From Eledone cirrhosa (lineage: Eukaryota): 64,000 bases of DNA. The position numbers and the translations under genes are program-made. Of this stretch, positions 31,622-42,203 are shown one piece after another (within the stretch, counting starts at the first letter, position 1; each line of letters opens with the position of its first letter). The stretch spans positions 296,112,001-296,176,000 of the forward strand of contig OZ024740.1 in NCBI GenBank assembly GCA_964016885.1, written 5' to 3'. The notes beneath the pieces are model-generated. The model made no database searches. It saw only the letters and a program-made list of their open reading frames with translations, and was not told the DNA's origin.

Positions 31622-34600
31622 TAATGTGTGCGTCCGTGTGTCGTGCCTTTTCTCTGTATGCTTACCTAGATAGATAGTTAACGACATTAAGAATGAAGAT
31701 ACACGGTTAATATCAGCATATATAACCAAACTCATCAGATATGGTATAAATTTTAATATAAATGTCAATTACTCTATAGTGGACGTAATATGCTGCTAAT
31801 AGAACCCGCATTAATTGAGCTGGGCTTCCCTGCTGTCACTAAATCAAATTCTGCAAGATGCAAGTCCAAAGCTTGGCTTTTCGCTCTAAAGACTCGTGAA
31901 ATTCAGGACGACTGTTCTCTCTGGCAGCGTAGTAACCACTGTTGGTACTTAATCAACATCTCTCAGCCATGACACAGATGCCACCAAATAGCTTGACCAG
32001 TTGGCGATAGAAAGTTTGGACATCTTGAAAAATTAAACTGGTTGATGAAGTCAAAGCTAAAAGAAATTGCACTATCCAATGTTACAAAGAACTAAAAGAC
32101 CACGTCAAGACAATTCTGTTGGCGTGCCTTATGTATCCTTATGTTGATATGGAAGATCCAAATTACGCTAAAGATATGTAGATACACACACATCCTCACT
32201 GAACACATAAATATATAGTTCGTATGCTCTATCTTTAAGAAAACTCCAGGATAATCTCCACAATGCCGCCATTGTAGGCTGTGCTCTTTCACTTTAGGCT
32301 AAATTGTATTATGTGATGGATATCTTTTTATCCGAATACCAGTTATCTATATATTCGATATGCGAGTTAAAGAATCGTACATCATTTGAACTGTCATGAA
32401 TATTCCAGCTTATCCGAAATAACTTTAGATATGGGATCATTCTATTTATGCAATGTTATCTCGTATTTGAATGAAAATTTATTTAACAAAAATTTAACAT
32501 ATGCAATATGGTTACTTTTAGTAGTGTGTCATACATTAAATGAAATATTGAGGTTTGTAAAGAGATCAAAATATTTATAACAGCTTCTTTAAATGTCCAA
32601 CTAAATTTTGCGACTGAAATTAATCAAAAACTTTTTTCAATTATTTCTGCATAATTTATAATCCTGTTCTACACAATGTTCTTTTGGTATTGAAAATATT
32701 TTAACGCCTTCTATTTTGTCATTTGACCAACTAAAGTGTTAAAGTTTACATTAAATTCCAACTAGAATAGAAGCCAGGCTTCCTAATTTACTCTTTTGTA
32801 TTAATATAATTCTTTGATTCTCAACTGAATAAAATATCAATCTAAGCCCATTAGAACTAGGTTATAAAATGGATTTGCTATTTGAATTGAAATATGAAAG
32901 GCAAACTCGAGAAACAGGACCTCTATGTAGGTTGTCTGTATGTTTCATAACTGTGTCGAGAGGAGGAACATCAGTGCTCGCGATGCATTTCAGGGCCACA
33001 GGAACTGGTAGGTGGAAGGGAAGATGCTTTATTTAGATCAGAGACGTTGCGCGAATTGTTACAACAAGATGCTAAAGGCACCCATCGGCCAAGGTGTGGT
33101 GTGAGTACGAGCCACTGATTGTTCACTCAAGGACATAAAGATCCCTCCCACGAGCCGCTAAACAGTTTCTGACTACGAAATTTCACAAGGTGTCATGCAG
33201 TGGGATTGAATTGAAAACCACGTAATTACGATACGTATGTAATTCCGATACATACTTCTTAACCACACAGACACGTCTCTAGGTTTAACAACAATGATAT
33301 AAGTAAATAAATAATTGTAATTTTGTACCAAATCAGACAGCTCTCTATTCACGATATTAGGTCGAAACACCAACATGACTGGGTTGGGTTTTTGTCATTC
33401 TTTGTCAATTTTAAAAGCTGGGTCTAGTACCTGCATCTATACATGTATAGACAACCAGGGTTATTTCCGCGTGTCAGATGACTGTTAATACCATTACTAT
33501 TTGATACATATATAAGCTGTAAATATTTAATAATATTAAGGATCTTGTTTATGTTATTTTAATTTTCACACGTGCTTTTGTGTAATGTGGTCATTGACCT
33601 AGGTATTTACACGCATATTAAACATCTGGGTGAATAGCTTCAGAAAATTTAGTTAAACAGATTAGAATGAAAAGCAAAGTTGACCTGGGCAGTATTAGAA
33701 CTTAAAGAGCGCAGAGAGCCAGAACTAATACCGCAAAGTATTCTCTCTGACGGTTTAACGACTCTGTCAATTCACCGCCTCCAAATATAATATATGTTTC
33801 TTTATTAGCCAGAGGGGCACAAAAGAAGGGGACAAATACAAAGGGAGAAGTTTACATACAATAAAAACGTGTAAAATATTATCACAAATACAATTTAAAA
33901 GTTAATCGATTTATAATATAGCGAGTTCAAAATGTTTGATTAGGTGATATTATCTTTACAATTAGAAGACAACATTCTTTTCTGGTGTTGTTTAAAATAT
34001 AAGAAGAGCAAGCAAGGAATGTAAATTCAATAATATCGGCTAATCCAAATTTTTGGAAATATAGACGATGGTGTTACGAGTACATTTTGTATTTAAAGCG
34101 AACTAGTGAAAACAGCAAAAATGTTTCAATATTATTAGATCTCTGCAATGAAACATATTCTGCTCAGTTGGTTTTAAAGACAAGATCCACTCTTAACTGA
34201 CTTGTCTAACACGGAATATAGAATTATAAGTAATCAATACCCAAATTGATATATGCGTTAAATAAAAAAAAAATCAAGTGCTCCTATGATTTCATCATGT
34301 ACATTTACACTGTTGCAACGTCAAATTAGTCCGTCTTCAATTACCTAAAGGAGTGAAATAAAAATACCGAAAAAATAATCTCTTCTCTTCACCTCAGAAT
34401 ACTAAGTGATGTGAACAAGTTACTAAAGCCGAAGAAAAAGACTAATTTCCCAAGACCTGTAGTTTGGAATCGTGAAATATCAACCCCTTAATCATATAGG
34501 ATGCTGAAATACTATACTATATACATTTTTTACTAACCAGTTCTCTCTTACTGTGTAAATTCGTATTAATTTTCTGAGTTTTTCATTGAAACTGTTATTT

Positions 34601-35170
34601 TAAGAAGAAACAAACGGAAGTTACATGTAGTGGGTTATATTTTAGTAATTTTAGTGGTATATTCTTGAGGCAGCAATATATATACAACACATCAGTTAAT
34701 ACCTATCGATGCATGGCACCCAACAAACATGTAAACATTGATGTGGTTTTCTATTAATCATTAAAATAAACACAACAGTTTCAGAAACATGCAACGCCTA
34801 ACTTGGGGCCAAGATGCAAAGTGTTTTAACCCAATTTCTTGATAAAGTTGTATTTGCAAACTAATAAGTTACAGCTGTCTCGGATCAAATGGAAAAAAAA
34901 CTTATTCCCCTTTTGAAGAATTTGGTTTGCCGAATAAAGAAATTAAAACTTTCCGGATTATTTTACTACGTTTAATAGGCATGTCAGTTGTATCAATATT
35001 CTTAATTGCTCCATCCCGTGAAACCATAGAGATTTACAGATACTTTACGTACGACTATGAGTTCAAATCTCGTCATCTGGCGTTGAATAAATACCAGTAA
35101 TATATGGAAAAATACCATTTGCAATCTGCACTTAAATATTGATTTTTAGATTTAATTAAAATGAACTATT

Positions 35171-35429
35171 ATTATTAATGTATGTATTTATTGTCGGCCT
35201 TGTGGCCAATAAATGAAATCATTATTAATGTATGTATTGGCAGTATCGGTAGAGGGTCGGACGTCATGCTTTGCAGCATAGTTACGTCCCTTTATGATCC
35301 GAGTTCAAATCCCGCCGAGGTTAACTTTGCCTTTCATCCTTACGGGGTCGATAAAATAAAATAACCAGTAATGTACTGGGTAATTGCTGGCCTTGTGCCA
35401 AAAGTAGAAACAATTATTAATGTATGTAT
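35171..35429 (+). mobile_element. Two SINE insertions (tail-only and near-complete) between three copies of attattaatgtatgtat
   Basis: Repeat at 35171, 35221 and 35413. Confidence 0.88.
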
Positions 35430-35652
35430 ATATGTATGTATAGTTCTGTAACTCCCGAGGGCGTCATAGGAGCGCCGTATAGACATGAGTTGTTTTTAGA
35501 GCATTTTTAAAAACTTGGCGGAGCCCATCTCCTCTCGAGGTTTGAATACAGCAGAATTGAAGAAAGAGATATAAAGGAAGAATCGACACCAGTACTAGAC
35601 TGGTACTTTTTTGTATCTACCTCGAATGAATGAAAGGCAAAGTTGACCTATT

Positions 35653-36259
35653 ATTATTAATACTTACACACTGAGTTCAAATCCCGCCGAGGTTAACTTT
35701 GCCTTTCATCCTTACAGGGTCGATAAAATAAAATAAAATACCAGACAGGCACTTGGGTTGATTTAATCGACTTTTCCCTCCCCAAAAATTGCTGAACTTG
35801 TGCCTATATAAGAAACCATTATTAATACTTACGCAAGGGCGGTGGATTGGCAGTATCGCTAGACAGTTGGACACCATGCTTTGCAGCATAGAGTTACGGT
35901 CCTTTACGGTCTGAGTTCAAACCCTACGGAGGTTAACTTTGCCTTTCATCCTTACGGAGTCGATAAAATAAAGTACCAGTATCGTACTGGAGGTCGATTT
36001 AATCGACTTTCCCCTCTTCCCAAATGACTGGCCTTGTGCCTAAATCATTATTAATACTTACACGGTGGATTGGCAGTATCGGTAGAGGGTCGGACGCCAT
36101 GCTTTCCAGCATAGTTACGTCCCTTTACGATCTGAGTTCAAATCCCGCCGAGGTTGACTTTGCCTTTCATCCTTACGGGGTCGATAAAATAAAGTACTAG
36201 TAATGCACTGTGTAATTGATGGCCTTGTGCCTAAAGTAGAAACAATTATTAATACTTAC
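35653..36259 (+). mobile_element. Three SINE copies between four copies of attattaatacttac
   Basis: Repeat at 35653, 35818, 36047 and 36245. The units differ in 5' truncation and in long versus short form. Confidence 0.92.
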
Positions 36260-36719
36260 ACATAGATTAACTACCCCGAAGCTAGATTAATTCAAAATAG
36301 AGAACCCTCTCTCACTCTTTTTCGCTTTTCACTATTCAGAAAAATTTAGTGATACTGATGAAAGAATAAATCTCTTTACGGGTAATTGTAAATAACATTT
36401 ATAAATTATTATCAATAGCTTAATGAATATAATAAAGTCGGTTTCGCTGTTGTCAGAGAGTCTCTAGTTGTACAATTAAAGAAAACTTGGCCTGATTTAC
36501 TTTTTGTTGTATATTTACATAGTTAAGTTTACTACACAAATATATAGAACGATACTGTCTAGTATGTTTTTTTCATACCGTTTAGACAAGATCCAGTGAA
36601 ATAACTTTGACAGAGCCAATAAATAAAATTCAAAATAAACTTAAAACATAAATATTGAAACGAGAACGCACGTTGATTTATTTTTTTCTCCTTTCTATAT
36701 ATGAACAATACATCTCTAA

Positions 36720-37330
36720 AAATAAATATTTTTATATCGACCCCAGCAATTGACCGGTATTTTATTTTAACAACCCAGAAAGATGAAAAGCAAAGTTGAC
36801 CTCGGTCGGGATTTAAACTCAGAACGTAAAGGGCTGTAACTATTTATCCCACGTTCTACCGCTACTGCTAATCCACTGTTTTTCTAATAACCCTAAAAAT
36901 AATTGTTTCTACTTTAGGCACAAGGCCAGCAATCACCCAGTGCATTACTGGTACTTTATTTTATCGACCCCGTAAGGATGAATGGCAAAGTTAACCTCGG
37001 CAGGATTTGAACTCGGAATGTAAAGGGCCGCAACTCTGTACCACAAAGCAGGTTGTCCGACGCTCTCCCAATCCACCGGTCTTCTAATAACCATAATAAT
37101 AATAATGATTTCTACAATAGGCACAAGGCCTGCAATTTTGGAGGAGGGGAAAGTCGATTTAATCGACCCCAGTTCATTACTGGTGCTTTATTTTATCAAC
37201 CCCGTAAGGATGAAAGGCAAATCTAACCTCGGCGGGATTTGAGCTCAGAACGCGAAGGGCCGTAACTCTATACTGCAAAGCATGGTGTTCGACGCCCTAC
37301 CGATACCGCCCTAATAATAATAATAATAAT
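36720..37330 (-). mobile_element. Three tandem SINE copies separated by ttctaataacc/(taa)n
   Basis: Three family cores, with spacers at about 36882, 37082 and 37311. Confidence 0.85.
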
Positions 37331-37374
37331 TTCTATAACATCGAGTGGAATTGATAACGAAATGAATCCAAGTG

Positions 37375-38061
37375 TAAATATGTAGACAGAAAGTGATCGC
37401 AATGAATGAAAGGTGTATGGAGTGGGCTGCGAGCTTTGAACAAAGATAGTGAGTTTGCAATAATTTTACAGTTAAATATGTAGACAGAAAGTGATCGCAA
37501 TGAATGAAAGGTGTATGGAGTGGGCTGCGAGCTTTGAACAAAGATAGTGAGTTTGCAATAATTTTACAGTTAAATATGTAGACAGAAAGTGATCGCAATG
37601 AATGAAAGGTGTATGGAGTGGGCTGCGAGCTTTGAACAAAGATAGTGAGTTTGCAATAATTTTACAGTTAAATATGTAGACAGAAAGTGATCGCAATGAA
37701 TGAAAGGTGTATGGAGAGGGCTGCGAGCTTTGAACAAAGATAGTGAGTTTGCAATAATTTTACAGTTAAATATGTAGACAGAAAGTGATCGCAATGAATG
37801 AAAGGTGTATGGAGTGGGCTGCGAGCTTTGAACAAAGATAGTGAGTTTGCAATAATTTTACAGTTAAATATGTAGACAGAAAGTGATCGCAATGAATGAA
37901 AGGTGTATGGAGAGGGCTGCGAGCTTTGAACAAAGATGGTGAGTTTGCAATAATTTTACAGTTAAATATGTAGACAGAAAGAGATCGCAATGAATGAAAG
38001 GTGTATGGAGTGGGCTGCGAGCTTTGAACAAAGATAGTGAGTTTGCAATAATTTTACAGTT
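37375..38061. repeat. 98-bp tandem repeat, 7 near-identical copies
   Basis: Unit taaatatgtagacagaaagtgatcgcaatgaatgaaaggtgtatggagtgggctgcgagctttgaacaaagatagtgagtttgcaataattttacagt starting at 37375, 37473, 37571, 37669, 37767, 37865 and 37963. Confidence 0.97.
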
Positions 38062-38091
38062 ATCCAAAATGTTGTGTAGAGTTTTCAGTAT

Positions 38092-38746
38092 GGGCGGTGG
38101 ATTGGCAGTATCGGTAGTGCATCAGTCACCATGCTTTGCAGCATAGTTTATAGCCCTATACGTTCTGATTTCAAATCTCGCCGAGGTTAGCTTTGCCTTT
38201 CATCCTTACGGGGTCGATAAAATAAAGTACCAGTAATGCACTGGGGACGATTTAATCGACTTTTTGCTCCCCCAAATTGCTGGCCTTGTGCCTATTGTAG
38301 AAATCATTATATACACACACGGTGGTGGATTGGCAGTATCGGTAGAGGATCAGACGCCATGCTTTCCAGCATAGTTACGTTCCTTTTCGATCTGACTTCA
38401 AATCCCGCCAAGGTTGACTTTGCCTTTCATCCTTACGGGGTCGATAAAATAAAGTACCAGTAATGCACTGGGGACGATTTAATCGACTTTTTCCTCCCCC
38501 AAATTGCTGGCCTTGTGCCTATTGTAGAAATTATTATATACACACACGGCGGTGGATTGGCAGTATCGGTAGAGGATCAGACGCCATGCTTTCCAGCATA
38601 GTTACGTTCCTTTTCGATCTGACTTCAAATCCCGCCGAGGTTGACTTTGCCTTTCATCCTTACGGGGTCGATAAAATAAAGTACCAGTAATGCACTGGGT
38701 AATTGCTGGCCTTGTTCTTATTGTAGAAACAATTATATACACACAC
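38092..38746 (+). mobile_element. Three tandem SINE copies separated by attatatacacacac; includes a near-identical 227-bp duplication
   Basis: Repeat at 38306, 38533 and 38732. The ORFs 38236-38463 and 38463-38690 are near-identical. Confidence 0.9.
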
Positions 38747-38747
38747 A

Positions 38748-39079
38748 CGTCCGGGTTTCAAAAAGTTCGTGCAAAAAAGTACATAACTAAAAATCGTATG
38801 CGGGGATTTTGATCTCAATGCACCTGTACGTTTTCATACTTATGTGTCATAACATGTCCTAACATGCATGTTCCAACGCGGCGCCGCCAGTCGGAAGTCA
38901 GCACCCACTCAAGCAACATGTCCTCCATCAAAACATCAAATTCGGGCTGAAGTTAAGGTGGAAGAGCAGCCAAATCATTGACGCTCTGGAGCAAGTTTAT
39001 AGGGACAATGCTCCAAAGAAATCAACAATTTACAAATGGATAAATCGTTTTAGAAGTGAAAAAGATAAGGTTGAAGATG

Positions 39080-39117
<38 letters not shown>

Positions 39118-39293
39118 CTTTGACATGGTTTAAATCGCATGGCCCTCAGTTTTACACAGATGGACTTAAAAGCTGGTATCAACGGTTGTAGAAGTGTATT
39201 GACCTAGATAGAGCATATGTTGAAAAATAAACATCATAACTTAAACCGTTTTTTCCAACTGTCCTTTTTCCACGAACTTTTTTAAGCCTCCTC

Positions 39294-39294
<1 letters not shown>
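38748..39294 (+). mobile_element. Internally deleted mariner transposon (Hsmar2/irritans-like)
   Basis: TIRs cg..gggtttcaaaaagttcgtg and cacgaactttttta.gcctcctcg|TA. N-terminus NIKFGLKLRWKSSQIIDALEQVYRDNAPKKSTIYKWINRF; C-terminus LTWFKSHGPQFYTDGLKSWYQRL*KCIDLDRAYVEK*. Confidence 0.9.
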
Positions 39295-39376
<82 letters not shown>

Positions 39377-39388
39377 GTGTGTGTGTGT
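39295..39388. repeat. (TA)n/(TG)n microsatellite extending from the mariner TA target site
   Basis: Pure TA run starting immediately after the right TIR. Confidence 0.9.
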
Positions 39389-41669
39389 AAAAAGTAAACA
39401 GAAATAACAAAGCAAACGGCACAGTATATTGAAGAAATATATTAGTTTAACACTTGAAATAACAAGAAAAGTGTCTTATCAAAAGTGTCTTATCAAAAGA
39501 TAAAAAGTAAGGAAGGAACGGGACAAAATGAGAAGAAAATATAAACACACGTACATATTCAGTCAGTCCTTATGGATATATATATGGGCCCCAGCATGGC
39601 CTCAGCCGGATGGCTGGAACAGGTAAAAGAGTATATATATACACATTGAATCTTGCTATAGCAACTAACCGTTAAACACGGTCTTTTATTTTTACTTCTT
39701 CAAATAACATTAGGACATTTGTTCGATTCCTCAATCTTTTTCACCTAAGAGCTGATATTGTATAAAGGCAGTTGAAACAATTCTTAACTTCGGAAAAGGG
39801 AAATTTGTTTTGTTAACAGACCCACTCAGTTTTATTTTTCTCTATCGAGCCCCTGAAAATTTTGAAATCGTGTAAATTTCGCATGTTCATTAATTTTATC
39901 GATTTACACCCTTCATATATAGCTTCATTAGTTTTATCGATTTACATCCATCGCATATATGTTCTGTGTGGTTGACCAGCCTGATAGAAATAAGAGCAAG
40001 AAAAATCTAACTCAAATCACATTTCACTGTTTTTAAAAGGGGGAAGGAAACGTTAAATAATATAACCTTAGATACACTTTAAAAAAACAGAATAATAGTA
40101 GTGACTATGGCCCTTCATATTTTCAGAGACTCTGAGACTGATATCAAAAAGAGAGGAAGGTATCCTCAAACAGGAGACCTGGCCTCAATGTTTGAACAGG
40201 GAGAAGTTCGCTAAAGCTTTGACAGTCTACCACTCAAATGTGCTATGGAGCGATTTGGACACAAAGAACAGGAATATATTTCATAAAACATTTCGCCTGA
40301 CGTTCTATCAGTTCATTGCCCTAAACTGGTACTTTATTCATCGACATTGGCAGATGAACCTGGGTCTAAGCAGCAAAACAAATATTTTCTCAACGGCTTT
40401 TAACAAGTTTATGCTGATAGTTATTTCGGATTTGTATATCATTTGACAGTTCCAATGCAACTATTTTATGATACATCATATACACGCTTACAATTATGTA
40501 CATTCACTACAGAACAAGCATAAATTAAGTTGTTCGTTATTTACAACACAAAACTTTAAAGAACCGTTTATATTCAATCTGCCAGCAGTCGACAGATATG
40601 TAGATTAGGTGAATGGTCATCAAATATTTTTGTCATGTTTCGTTTTGTAATGCACGCTACGCTAGTATTGTACACGCCTGCAGAATGTGTCAGGACTAGC
40701 AGTACAAGAGGTTTCAATTTTCAATGTATTTTCTCTATACTGTTCGCATTGAATATTTATCACTTGTAGCTGTTATCCTCTCTATGAACTCAAATTGTCT
40801 GATTCGTGGGTTTAGGCGCGATCATTTACGTTTTTGTATTTTTTCTCCTCAACTCAAACTTTTTTAGAAAGAAAACACGTGTCTCGGCCTAGTTTTTATC
40901 TTTTTACCACTTCTACTTGTCATAGTTTAGCTTACTACTTTTATAGTAAAACTTTGTCCCCCCCAAAATTCGACAATTTCAATGGTGTGTTCACAGTTGG
41001 ATGTTGAATAAAATTTATTTATTATTATTTTAGATTTCAAGTCAATCGTTTCGAAGGCACTGTAATGCCGAATATAATGACGTACTTAATATATTTTTTC
41101 TTTGAAATTATAAATAGTGACCTACATTTGAAGTATTAAAGTTTATAGTACGTAAAGAAATTGTCATTTAGCATTAGTTACTACGCTCAGTTTTATCCTC
41201 TAATGCATACTCCAAGTTATATTGGTCCTAATACCTGTCCGGTTTAAAGCTGTCTACTGTGGGTGTTCTGAAGAAGAAAGTATTACGATTCTTTACACAA
41301 TTTCCAGGTATGTAGGACTCAGCTCAAAATACCGGGGATAGCTACCGAGAAAAAGTTTAATTAGTTATCCATGATATGAAACCTCTAGAGACTTATTTGG
41401 TGGTGTAGTTAGAACGTTGGATATTTGTTCGGGCGAGTCCACTTTGACTTTCATATATTTGGGTTCCATTAAGAAAGTACCAACGCATGCTGGTGCAGAT
41501 GTCTCTCCGTCTAGCTGTCAAATCCTGAATGTTCGACTGGACCAAAGGAAGGGGTGTCGAAAGAGTACCTTAGTCAGCCTGGGTTTGTATGGGCACCAAA
41601 ATCTCTGAGATAAAGACTGGTACATAGCACCTAATCATACTATATTGTGAGTGCCTATATAAATCAACC

Positions 41670-41795
41670 AAGTCAGATAAAATGCTCTACCACTTTTGTT
41701 CCGGCTCTCTGAGTTCAAATCCCGCCGAGGTCAAATTTGCCTTTCATCATTTCGAGGTCGATAAAATAAGTACCAGTCTAGTACTGGAGTCGATT
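41670..41795 (+). mobile_element. Older SINE copy (main family); similar decayed copies at about 12030-12180, 28000-28110, 28545-28670, 28870-28975, 33660-33780 and 35580-35650
   Basis: ctgagttcaaatcccgccgaggtc..tttgcctttcatc..cgaggtcgataaaataagtaccag. Confidence 0.75.
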
Positions 41796-42003
41796 CTTCC
41801 TCTAGATCTCTTTCTTACTTCCTCTCTATCCTTTTTTTTTTATTTGCTGAAGCTAGGTATGAGACTATAGTCACTACCGTAAATTCATAGCGAAAGGCCT
41901 TCAAAATGTTTTGAAACAAACATACTGTATATTATTAAATATACAACACGTTCAGTCATATATATGTAGATATGTAAATGCGTATATATGTATGCACATA
42001 TAT

Positions 42004-42203
42004 NNNNNNNNNNNNNNNNNNNNNNNNNNNNNNNNNNNNNNNNNNNNNNNNNNNNNNNNNNNNNNNNNNNNNNNNNNNNNNNNNNNNNNNNNNNNNNNNN
42101 NNNNNNNNNNNNNNNNNNNNNNNNNNNNNNNNNNNNNNNNNNNNNNNNNNNNNNNNNNNNNNNNNNNNNNNNNNNNNNNNNNNNNNNNNNNNNNNNNNNN
42201 NNN
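42004..42203. other. Assembly gap (200 N)
   Basis: Exactly 200 N, which looks like a fixed-size scaffold spacer. Confidence 0.99.

Noticed and set aside
31790-32060. Possible host exon or Gypsy gag-like remnant (also ORFs at 7023-7319 and 20095-20448)
   Set aside because: Short, interrupted by stops, with no convincing motif or splice structure.
35653-38746. CRISPR-like repeat-spacer appearance
   Set aside because: The spacers are SINE copies or identical tandem units, the context is eukaryotic, and there are no cas genes.
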